Shown one piece after another: positions 1 through 11,659 of a DNA stretch of 57,340 nt. The first letter of the stretch is position 1, and each line of letters begins with the position of its first letter. The translations under genes and the position numbers were made by a program. The notes under the pieces are model-generated. The model searched no databases and had not been told where the DNA came from. It saw only the letters and a list, made by a program, of their open reading frames with translations. Source of the DNA: Phoronis australis (Eukaryota > Animalia > Phoronida); NCBI GenBank assembly GCA_002633005.1, contig NMRA01001094.1:1-57340 (forward strand), read 5' to 3'.

Positions 1-279
1 GGATATGTGTCAACTCAATGCCAGTGTCCCTGTCTATGGTGGGGTTACCACGCTTGATCTGAATAGCTTCCCTGATTTTTGTGGGGTTATCTCTATTGTC
101 AGTATCAATAATATTCGCAATCTCGTAGTCAATCTCATGGAGTCAAAACTTCGAGCATGCTCTGCATTTGCCATCGGTAGAGAGCCAATGTTTTTCAGCT
201 TTTTGTGTTCGCCGTGGGTATCCCGATTGGACCCTGCAACATCACTCGGCTTGTAAAATCCTGGGTCAGATTGAAAGTA

Positions 280-740
280 AGGATAGCGTTTTGCCGTTGC
301 GTTACCTTACAGTCAGGGTGTTTCAGAGCATTTAGGCAGTATTTACAAGAAACACATTATCGTGATAGCCTTTCAGGCGTATAACACTCTCCGCAGTCTG
401 TTGGTCACACTCAAGGATAGGCCCTACTACACACCAAGAATGTGAGTGGCGTAGTGTATCAGGTTGGTTGTGGTGCTCTGATGCATCCTACCTTGGCGAG
501 TCTGGACGACAACTGAGGACTCGTATCGACGAACACTAACAAGCTGTAAGAATTTCCTCTCTCCAGTATGACATTCTGGCATTCTCACAGTTTTCATTAT
601 AAGATTGACCGGTAGTCTGTGAATACTATTGACAGTAATCCTCCAAAAACAGAGAAGCTTTCCCGATCAAGCGTGGTAACCCTAATATAAACAGGGATGT
701 TAGCACTGAGTTGACATCTCTACGATCGGGGTGATGACTG
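280..740 (+). mobile_element. Decayed Penelope-like retroelement 3' end (linker + GIY-YIG endonuclease)
   Basis: Manual translation across frameshifts and stops gives LPYSQGVSEHLGSIYKKHIIVIAFQAYNTLRSLLVTLKD..KNVSGVVYQVGCG/DASYLGESGRQLRTRIDEH*..REAFPIKRGNPNINRD. This matches the Penelope pattern LPY..G.SE / GVVY.I.C..C..SYIGETGR.L.TR..EH / EA..I......NRD. Confidence 0.85.
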
Positions 741-1570
741 TCAAAGTTATGGACAAGCATAAAACCCGTACGTTGCAGGTGACCTAAACTTGGCGGGAGC
801 GTTTCGGAAAACCTTTTGAAGCTACAGGATAAAACACTTAACCCTGATACATCAAAGTGGCTACCAATTGTGTTTGTTGTGTACATTGTTTTTCTTCTTT
901 TCTCTTTTACAGCCAACGGTAGCTATAAAAACGATTGAAAATACAATTTTGTAAATAATTGATTAAAATCTCGATTACTGGTTCAACACTTCATTTTAAT
1001 TTTAGAAAAATGGGGGCAAAGATTTCATTATGCGTATTTACTATGCCAGTCCAAAAGACACTGAAGTTGTCTGCCTACAAACACTGGTGCTCCATGTTCC
1101 CCATGTCTCCGGTCCAACATCATTTGAAGATTTTTTTTATTGCTACACAAATAAATACAGATTTTTAGCCCATCAAACGAGCCATTATACTCGGGCTCTT
1201 AACTATAAAACAAAATGAATGACAAAAGTAAAGAAAACAAATCATATCATAATAAAGGATAACATATTTACAACAGAAAAATATGTAAGAACATAAATAA
1301 AACAGAAACCTCAACGTTGATACTAATGCTAATGTTATGACATTTAGAAATAAAATCACAAAGACTTCTAATCAATAGAGCTTTACAGTCGTTATTTAAA
1401 TTGCGACAACTATTTGAAGATAAGCGTACAGTACAGTGCTGATCGAAAATAGCTTCCTATTGAACGTGCTTCAGCCTCAGTCAGGCCTCGTGTGGTCATC
1501 AACCGGAGTGACGTCAGGCTTCGCCTGGGCGCGGTCTGAACTCGGTTGGGTTGAGGCTCAGCCAAAGAAT

Positions 1571-1950
1571 CAAGGTACCTAAACTACACGGACTCATAAA
1601 CACGGTCACAGACGCATGAACACCACTCACGTGCCTGCAAACACCGTTCACTGACTCACAGACACAGGAAGAACTCACAAAACACGATCCATTCACCCAA
1701 ATACACGGGACACGGACTCGCATTCACGAAGAAAGACGGTTAACGGACCGCCAAACACGGGCCACGGACTCATCGGCTACCTGGGTCAGCTGACATCTAC
1801 ATTTTGTCCGTAAACCGTGTTTAGCGGTCCGTTAACCGTCTTTCTTCGTGGATGTGAGTCCGTGTCCCGTGCATTTGGGTGAATGGATCGTGTTTTGTGA
1901 GTCCGTTCCCGTATTTGTGAATCAGTTAAGCGTGTAGTTTAGGTACATTG
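1571..1950. mobile_element. Foldback/MITE-like long inverted repeat
   Basis: Arm ~1671-1770 is a near reverse complement of ~1806-1903. Outer arm caaggtacctaaactacacg (1571-1590) pairs with cgtgtagtttaggtacattg (1931-1950). Confidence 0.8.
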
Positions 1951-2059
1951 AGAATGGCCTAGGCTGGACCGCGGATGGACTGCGGTTATTAAGTCATTTA
2001 GTGTCCGGGGGGTTACTCCTGTATATGCTACCACTGACCGCTGAACCAGAACTCATNTT

Positions 2060-2128
2060 TCATTTTGCTTGCGGCAGCCAAGGGGAGGGGGGGAGCTGGG
2101 GCCTCTGCCCCCCCCAAATCCGCCTATG
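2060..2128 (-). mobile_element. Terminal fragment of the GGCGGAT...ATCCGCC (hAT-like) MITE family
   Basis: ttgcggcagccaagggg...ccccaaatccgcctatg is a near reverse complement of the element start at 28416. It directly follows the single N at 2057. Confidence 0.7.
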
Positions 2129-2789
2129 GAATTTGCACCATTAAGACATTTAAATTAGGCCTACCTTTTTATGAACTTGGCATTTTTTGTAGTTTCATTC
2201 CATAAAGGTAGCTTTCATTTCATTTTGAAGGTACCATGATCACTAAGTCGTGGTATGGTTACAAAAGATTACAAGTCTGGTGTGGTAGTTGCAAAAATAG
2301 GGTATTTACAAAAATAACTCGAATTCTTTTTTAAAGCTTCATAAGTCTAAATATCATGTTTGAACCACACCAAAATGAGCTCTCTCTAACTGTACAGACA
2401 TAGTCTATGCTAGAGGTACACGTCAAAAAGTAATTCAACAGTTTATTTTTAGTGACAACAGCTCGACCAAGGCTTTGAGTTCCGGCAGTAATCCAGTGCC
2501 CTTCCCTGTGCCGATCGAATCTCTTGAATTTTGACCGGGAGAGTTCAGTTGAACGCCAGCTTACGGTTTATGAATAACAAAAATGTACCTCTGATACGAA
2601 ACAAAATAATGTCCATTAGGTTGAAATAAATAAAAAAAAACATAAAATAAAAATGGCCTTAAAAACAACAATTTCTGGGGACTACCGCTAGAGTGCTGAG
2701 ATCCAGCAGGTGCCGAGACAAAGGCGGCCAGACGTAGCCAACTCGGGAGTCAAAATCTGAGATAGCCCTGCACTATGGCCACCAAGCTG

Positions 2790-3016
2790 AAAAGTGCGTA
2801 TCTAGAAACTAATATATTCTTGTTTATAATAGCCTTCGAGTTATCAAGCAACATCACTAAGTTCAGCTGCTCGTATGGCCGTACAGTTTGATCCATAGTA
2901 TACGCTTCTCAACATCATTTTTCGGCTTAGGACATGCCAAAAATGACGGGATATTATTCTGGAGCAGCATAACGGCTGTCGGGGCTACACACGTCATATC
3001 AACACCGTTTCCCCAT
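2790..3016 (-). pseudogene. Decayed THAP zinc-finger domain, probably the N-terminus of a DNA transposon protein
   Basis: Minus-strand translation with frameshifts gives MGKRC*YDVCSPDSRY../..FLACPKPKNDVEKRILWIKLYG../EQLNL..INKNILVS..(HF). This fits the THAP signature C-x4-C..P(KPK)..W...CS.HF. CCAAT/ATTGG boxes lie upstream at 3137-3270. Confidence 0.65.
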
Positions 3017-6000
3017 TCTTAGCGGACAATTTCTTGAGCTACAGACTAAAGTAAGTTTTATTCAACTGCGTGTGGTTTGTTGGGTAAAATGGCGGTTTGG
3101 AAACGCAGACGAAGGTGTGCCAAGAATTCTGCGTTCTGATTGGTCAATTAAGCCGTCCGTCATAATCCTGGCGATAGGTCAATTAGTGTGCACGTAGAAT
3201 TGGTCAGGGAAAATGCAGTTTGAGAGTGACGTTCACGTGTGCGTGTCCGTCTTACATGTAAACAACCAATGCGCTCACAGTTGCCAAAGTCAATAAAAAG
3301 AGATTCAAAAGACGCTTAAACTTAACTAAAATTAATTTCCTTCATCTGCCATTAGTAATTAAGCATTACGTAAATGTAATGGAAAAGTGTGTACTAACAT
3401 ACATATGTACGAGTCTGGCCGAGCTGTGTAGGTAGTCGTTCACATTAGGACGAATAATACTTTATCATATTGTGTGCACTTGCAGTAGTGCGTACGCTCA
3501 ATTAACATCAGCGGCTGCTCTCGTTCATTTCCCAAAAGACATAAATTTGAAAAATGTGTCTTACCCAGCAGTAACTACTAAGTAGTAATTTATGAACTTA
3601 TTTGTGCATATTGTCTCTGTTACGGAAACTGCACTGCGGGTCTATGACATTAAAGTTTAACAGACACATACCCAGACCCAATAGTCAGGGTGCAAATATA
3701 TTATGCATGTACGTATAGACTAACTGGCAACTTTTTGGTAGGAATCCCAAAACTGAAACGTTTCGGCTACATGGATGATTTCACAAACTTGACTTCCTGT
3801 TCACGTTAAATTCAAAAATCATAAATTCCTGATCACATATGACATTTAACGGATTTTTCTGAATGAAATGTTACAGAATGCCCTAAAAAGACGAAATAAT
3901 CAATAACCATTAAAATCGGTGAGGCGTTTTATTGGAAACTCAATTTAAGTATGGAAATTGGGAGTCCCGAAACATATCCTGACGCCACCACGTTCGCACT
4001 TCGCTCTGATTTTCAAGAGAGTCAAGGCGGCCGAATAAACAAAATGGGAAATGCAAATGAAAATTTCCGTCCCAAAAATCAGGTTGGCGAACTCGCCTTT
4101 TTGAACAACACTGCTTTGATAGTGGTCGCTTTAAAAAACCCGTTTGTAATGGAGTTAAGGACTGTTCGGAGACATAGCGAGTATCGAAACCTTGAAAACT
4201 TTAGATTATAGAAATTATTTTCTTTGTTGCATCATTTTACTAAGAAATAGGCTGGTGTAATTTTGTGAAATTTCACTGAAATACACGTTTTTCATGATCA
4301 GTGATAAAAAGAGGCGAAACATGGAGATTGAATAAGAGGAAAGCTAAACGAAAAAAGAAGAAATACAATCAAAAGACGAAAATTCCAAGCTCTGGATGAT
4401 ATAAAGATATTATATATACACATGTACCTTCCACGTGAACTTATTTGATGAATGTGTGCCAAATTGCAAAACTAATTAGTGAGTGAGAACCTTGGGCTGG
4501 GTTGTTTGTGAATCAAGTCAAGACTTAGAAATAGAGGCAGATGACTAGGATTAATGATTGAGCTGCAACAGGTGCGACAATACAACAGCGTCACTAACTC
4601 CAGTAAACATCTAATATAATAGAGGGTTTATCAAGTCGCCTGAAATCTATAGAAAACAAGGTAACGAAACATGTAATGTAATGAAGTAAGAACTAAATCA
4701 ACAGATGGCTGCTGAAAGTTTGCTCCACTTTGATAGCTAATTTTAAGGTTACATCAAATCTTATTTAGTGGCCTCAATTCTAACTTGTAGATCAAAAAAC
4801 TAAGCTGTGTCATCTTGTAAATGTATATATTTTCTGACAGAAAAAATCAGGAAATATAAAAATGTTTTATATTGATGTGCCATTATTATTATTGCCTTAA
4901 CAACTTTTAAGTCAAAGTTTAATTTTTAAGAAAGGTACGTTCATAGTTATATAACCTCTTGGTCGATTTCAATGAAACCTTTTTAAATGAAAACTTCACC
5001 AGTTACCTCAAAAAAGACCCACAGTATTTTCGATTATTACTTTCGTTTGGATTCTGTGACAAATCAAATCGGAAAACGTTAGAAATTTTCGTAAAAAAGA
5101 AGTCGCATTCGCCTGTTACATTACCACGAATTTTAGGCCTTTGTATAGAAAATTCTAAGACTGTTTTTGAGACTGATGAATAAATATTCAGTTTTGGAAA
5201 GTCTTAGCGAATTCCACCGAGCCGTTTTTAAGAACTCGTGTTCCTAAATCCAAATAAAATTGATTTGCTGAAGCCGAGAACACGCCGATTAAACTGGGAC
5301 GAATTTTCGCTCTTCGGTTAATTATTCAGCGAATACTTGTTTTCGGTAATTGTAACCTATACATGCCTTAACCACTGTTTCAACATTCACTCAACATTCG
5401 TTCTCAACAGTCGAATGCATCTAGACGCACAACACCCTCCGGATCAAAACTACGTTTTGTCTGTTTTCCCCGGCACCGTTCTATCACAAGTTCACCTGGT
5501 AGACTTTATTGTGGCGACTGGTTGAATGAAAGGACGAAAGGTACAAACGAAGCTGCTCTGTACCTGGCGGGAGGTTTGATTTGAGTAATCTTCCTGTAAC
5601 CTTTGACTTCGGATAGGTAGTAAACAAATACCCACGCGATTGTGCATTTAAAAGGTGCCTCTACTATTTTTTTCTCGTTACACTGTATATACATGTATAT
5701 TGTATTTGAAGTTTCTCGAAAATGAAGGTTCGAGATAGGCCAATCCTTAAAATTGAACATGTACATGTACAAAGACATTCCTACGAGCATTGTTGTCAGC
5801 TTTTCTTAGTGCACTAGGCAATTAGTTTTGACAGTGTCCAAGTTTATTAATAGGTCTTGGAAAGTTTCATTCAGAGTTGTTTTAGGTACCTAAAACACAC
5901 GGTCAGGAGTCAATTTCAACCCAACATACTGCATTGCTTCCGTTTTCATCGGGATCGCTGGTTTGAACGCTTTCAACCACCAGCAAGATGGTATGTCCTG

Positions 6001-6793
6001 AAACAGAACATTGTTTCAGGGGTTAAATTGCAAAGTTGCATGGAGACGGCCTCAGTGAATCACAAATTCAAATCTTATCGACCAACCTATGTATTTACCA
6101 AATATCTATAAATTATATAATTTAAGTCATCACGCATGTGGTCTCTGAGAGTAGAAGTGAAGTGTGCAGAATTCAGTTTTAGACTTCATACGAATCTACT
6201 ATATACTGGGTCACGTGACCAAGCGTATTAATAAAATGTAGTAAAAAGTAAAGAAACATTCAGAGCAAAATACTCGTATCAATACAATGACTAAACTTTG
6301 GTTGAACTAAATAAACAAAACTGTTCTTACATTTTTCTCGTATTGCTTCATTTTCGTTTAACGCTGATTTCTAAGTGTTTTTTGAGAATTTTGCATGGAT
6401 TGCAATACCTTAAAATTTCATTCTATCCGATCAGCTATTTCTGAAAAAGGATTTTCAAAATTGGGTCATTATAGTAAGTTGAAAAGAACACAGGGTGTAA
6501 GTCATGATAGATACATATATTATACAATAAAAAGTGATTCACAAATGTCAACAAATCTAGACGCCACTCGAATGTCAAGTTGAGTGTTTTTTATGCCACT
6601 AACCCTGCGAAATGTATCTACACATGTTGTAGAAAAGCATGGGTAAAACGTACAATAAATCTGCATGTAATCTTCGTGTAGTAAAACACAGTTTGCTTGT
6701 GTTGAGCTAGCCAAGAAGCATTTTTATGTGAATCCCTGTTAAGCCATGGTATGACACTAACACATATACAAACTACACCTGATTAGGTAATAC

Positions 6794-6797
<4 letters not shown>

Positions 6798-6843
<46 letters not shown>
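6798..6843. repeat. (TA)n microsatellite
   Basis: Perfect AT dinucleotide run. Confidence 0.98.
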
Positions 6844-6844
<1 letters not shown>

Positions 6845-7789
6845 CAATGAGTTTTAAATTTGCATGATTTATTACAAAGCGCGAACATATTCTCAGAGAT
6901 CTCAGAGACTTCACTACTTTGCAGAAATAGTCGTGTGCAGTGTAGGACTGAATGTTGGTCTCGAGCGTTAAGTCGCCTTTCACTAAATAGGTATGCTTTG
7001 GAGAACCACTCTTTCTGACGATTTCTAAAACAGTTTTTTTCTTATGCCACGGTCAATTGCTTTTGCCAACTTGGATGTTGAAGTCTTCTGCTCATGCCTA
7101 GCCACTGACATGCTTGACGGTGAACATAGCAGTCCTCAAATAAAACAAAATTTTCAGATGCATCTACAAATCATTTGTGAACCAGCATTTTCACAGCAGT
7201 TGACAGGAGGGCGATTTATGTTAGAATTGATAACTATGCATAGGTCTATAATAGGTAGTTTAAGGTCGCTGCCTACCTTCGTTAAGAAGGGTGATTTTTT
7301 AAAGTATCTTCAACTATTGCAGTGAATCAAAGTGAACTTTCTGGGATTTAAGAAATCAGAAAATTTATATTACCTTTCTCTGTTTGGCCAAAGTTACATT
7401 TTGTAGATTTTTTTTATTTGTTATCGGTGTATATCACAGGCATTCAACACTCTCAATGAATGTTTGTGGCCACGAAAAATTCAGTCAGTTAATTTCGTAG
7501 ACAGATCAAGAGTTTTGTTATAAAAAGTGACACTAATTTGCAACTTTTCTCCCGAAATCATGCTTAAGCCATTTAGTTAATAGGACAGCAATATTCTTTT
7601 GAATTCTAAGACTTGGTTTTCATGTGAAAGATTCTGGGAATCTCAAAAAATGAATTTGAACTTCACAAAATAGAAAAATGTCGAGGTATGATCGTTTAAC
7701 ACCCTCTGAAAAATTGTTATTTGGGTCCACAACAATTTATTTCAATCATCAGGAAAAGTCTACCGAAAACTTCTACCTCGAATTATAAT

Positions 7790-8115
7790 CAATCCTGAAT
7801 CAGTCCTTCTAGAAGTTATTGAACAACTATACAACTAACTCCCTAGTAGTGCTGACCACAGTCTCCGGTATCTGCAAGACTTGCTGCAACTCAAATGACT
7901 ACGGCGAGTCAGCCATTACAACATCTGGCAGCTCTACACATTGCATGTTTTCGTCGCTTATGGCATACACTTCACTGACATTAGTCATATCTGCTGCAAC
8001 ATCAATCGATTGCTTCTACTTCTTCCTGATCGAGCATTGTTTCCATCACATAAGCCTCCTCAGCTCCACTCCTCTCATCATCAGCACTCTCCTCATTACC
8101 AGTTCTACTAACGTC
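7790..8115 (-). pseudogene. Decayed acidic exon-like segment
   Basis: Acceptor-like atttttcgtcag precedes DVSRTGNEESADDERSGAEEAYVMETMLDQEEVEAID/DVAADMTNVSEVYAISDENMQCVELPDVVMADSP*, which contains a frameshift and stops. Product unidentified. Confidence 0.35.
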
Positions 8116-8264
8116 TGACGAAAAATAATTATATTAAATTACAATAAATCATTCACTGAAAGCTCATAAAACAAACGAAATCGTGACTGGTTTGGGTGTG
8201 AGTCTCAATTACTCACGTAGCACCAATGAATTTTTTGCAATTATGGTTATGAAAATGAAAGTCC

Positions 8265-10346
8265 GAATTTCACTGGATTCCGATGAGATTCCAGTGAGAT
8301 TCTCACAAAAAGAACCATTTGAGTGAGAATCCAACAAGAATTTGAAGGAGTCAGTGGGTGGTGGGAAAAAAGTGGAAATTCAATAATAAATTGCATTTGA
8401 GAACGCAGTGAGAATTTCAGACTTGAGAATTAAGTGAGAACTTGAACTTTCAAAATTGGAGCGAAAGTTGAGTGAGAATTAATGAATAACGAAACCTGCA
8501 CATTGGCGTTTCTTGTGGAAATTTCATTGGACCAGATTTCTGAATTCAAAATACAATGGTGCCACCAATGTAAAATTGACATGAATTAGAGAACTATCTT
8601 GAAGGTTGATGACATTTTTTCTCACATCTATTGTGAAATTATTGAACAGTTTGTCTGCATGTCAACCAGATGGGATCCTTGACTGAAGATGTGTGTTAAT
8701 AAGCGTAAGATTAGTACATTACATAAATCTAGTAGAGTGCATGAAGCGCAAGTATTAGACTGGTGTCTTTCGCTCTGTGTTGACCGCTGGGTTTTTAGTA
8801 TTTTGATGATTCACAAAAAGTGTTGAAATTGTTAGTTTAAGTCCGCTCTATTTCATCAAGGATTGTATTACAATAGGACTGATCACTAGCGAGTTCGGTG
8901 TTGTGGCTACTACTAGCGCCGCCAAGTAGCAAATAAGCAACGGTCAAGTACAAAGCGCGAGCAAAATGGTGAAGGGCACCGTTTGGAGCGCAATAAATTG
9001 CACAAATTCATACACCAAATCGTACGGTAAAGATTGTTTGTTATTCAATAACATGATACATTGTCTTTCATTTGTGTGTTCTGTTCATGGTTGAAAGACG
9101 AGTAGATCGCAGTTTCGGTCCACTGTCGTCTGCGGTGAAAGCTATTAAGTTGTGTGGGTAGTGAATATTTTGATTGCTTAAAATATTTTGTCATGACATT
9201 TTGCAACTTTGACTGGTTATAGATCAAGTTTGAGTCTAATACTGGAATATCTGGTCATCAGTGATAATATACCTAATGTTAAATACGTTTTGTGAGATAC
9301 TCTTCAGATTAGCAACTGACTTGTAACTATTGGTGATTATAGTGCGGAGAGTGGGGAGTTAACCCTGTACTAGCATGTCACTAAAAAGTAATAGGATGCT
9401 CTAAAAGTACATGTAAAGTGCATCAGAATGGATTACTAAGTTGTGAATTGCCTTGCTTTCATCCTTTTGTATAACACCCATTGCACTCAATTGTCTGCAT
9501 TGCTATAGTAGCTTGGCGTGAGAAATTAGCAGGGAGTTGCAAGCACCATGTAATGAAAAATTGGAAAATACGCAAGACGGTACTGAGATAACCACAAAGG
9601 CATGGACACCTGTCACTACAAAATGTATTTGGGTGGCATGCACAAAACAACGGCAACTTCATCAGATATTGTCAATGGTCAAAGTTATCTGTCAATCAAA
9701 ATGTGTGATGATGGGAGGGGCTACATAACCCTTGTTTTTTACCTGCTTTGCTCTGCTCTCATGCACTCCGTGGGAGACGTCACGACCCATTTGGCGCCCG
9801 CCTGGTCTTTACCTGTTTTCCTCTCCGCACGTGTACTCCTCTTCCTGGCACATGCGGGCAATTGCCTCCCAAACCCCCAAGAGTAATCGCTAAAATCAGT
9901 AGTCCATGGATACATGAAATGTAATTAGGAACGGAAATTTGCTTTTTGTGATCTGAAAGAGAATGAAAGCAAATATACTTTAATATTAATTAAAACACAC
10001 AATTTCTTTTTCATTGAATGTTGTTCACCTTGCTAACCATTGCGATGATCAAACTATACCTTCGCACAAATTTCAAGATAAACTCGCAAAAAAGCAGCAC
10101 TATGGTTACAAATAAAGCTCTGAACTCTCATCTAATTCAGTAACTTGCCATTAAGTGCACAAAATTCTCACTCAGTGAGTTTTTCACTCAGTGATATTTT
10201 CAGTAAGATGATATCTCACCGAGTGGGATTGCCATGCAAATTTGATTCAAATGCAACATCACAGTATTCTGATTAATGATTTTTTCAATAACTATCTTAG
10301 TTACTGTAGATTCTCACTGGAATCTCACTGGAATCCAATGAAATTC
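8265..10346. mobile_element. Probable ~2.1-kb non-autonomous DNA transposon with inverted subterminal repeats
   Basis: 8265-8306 (gaatttcactggattccgatgagattccagtgagattctcac) is a near reverse complement of 10306-10346. Short gtgagaat/attctcac motifs recur at both ends. True termini and TSD not resolved. Confidence 0.55.
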
Positions 10347-11141
10347 TTACTGACTGTCAGGTTGAGAATTTCCTTATTTTTTATAAAATTGTACATTCCT
10401 ATGCCACAAATATTTTCACCGTAATTTACTTTTTTGCAAATTCAACAGTTATATTATTTTTCCTTTTTTGCCCAGGACTTTAGTCCAGAATGAACTTACT
10501 GCCGAAAATACATAGTTTTTATTCCACTATTTAAACTTTACCTGAGAGAGAAGCTGAGTCTACCAGAGAGAGTGTATTCTTAAATGATGACACTTCAAAT
10601 GCAGCTTCATTTCCATGAGAAATTGTGTCTCAAAATCATTGAGTAAAAATGCTTTAAAGATGAATATTGAACATTTTCACAAATACAATCCACTTGCTTA
10701 TTTATTTTGATCACCAACATCTTGTTACCAACAGTCATTTACCTCATTTCTGTTGGCAGGCTGTTTTGTGATGACACAGTTCTTTCACTTACCAAGAGCC
10801 AGAACTGTGATATTGGATTTTTACTAGTCAAATCGTGGTTTTGTATTACAACAAGTTTACCTTACGGGTGCTTACAATATCTGCGCGAATTTACCATACC
10901 AAACACGCTATAGAATTGTACAATATCAAGCTGTGCAAAATATTCTCATAGTGCTGCATCATCAACCACACACCTTTTTAAGATGTTCATTCATTATCTA
11001 GAGGACTTAGATATATTTTACCGTCACAGTAAACTCCACAGGCTGTGTAGAGGAGCTCGGTACAGGGTCTCCACTATCCACTTCCTTAGGGGCACCCTGA
11101 AATTTTAGAGTTATTTCACATTGTCAGCAAGCAAACACCTA

Positions 11142-11430
11142 CAGCCGATTTCATGAGGTTGGTTTGAATTTAAACCTGGTTTAAACTGGAGTTAGCCCAG
11201 GTTTAAAGATATTCTGCATCTCATAAAGGTGATTTAACTTCTAGAGCAGTGTTCTTGTAAAACCTGGTTTAACCCCAGTTTAGACCTGGTGTAAGTCAGT
11301 TTTCATTTCACCAACGAGGTATGTACACTGCATTACTTACTGTAATGAGATCTTAAACCAGGTTTAAATTAACACCTGTTCAGACCCAGGTTTAATACTA
11401 TTGACTATGGAAGACTTGTGCAATCTAGGT
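11142..11430. mobile_element. MITE with internal AAACCTGGTTT-type near-palindromic repeats (Harbinger-like, inferred)
   Basis: Multiple copies of aaacctggttt / aaaccaggttt / cccaggttta between cagccgatttcat and ttgtgcaatctagg. Confidence 0.55.
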
Positions 11431-11659
11431 GCAACTGGATGATGCTGTGGTTTGCATTTGCGACGCAGTTTTAGAGGGAGACGGACTATTTTCAATACTA
11501 AGTTTCAGGAAGACACAGGGTCAAACGAAACAGGAGAAATCAAGAATGTTTATAAGGAGGTTCTGCGTCAACAATTTGAAAATTATAGATTTGATATCAG
11601 TAAAATAAAGAAAGGGCGGGGGGTCCGGACCTTTTGAAGTCCTGAATCCGTCAAGGATA

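Noticed and set aside
8270-11400. Short periodic repeats suggestive of a CRISPR-like array
   Set aside because: The repeats are degenerate, about 10 bp long, lack unique constant-length spacers and have no cas genes nearby. They are transposon subterminal or internal repeats in a eukaryote.
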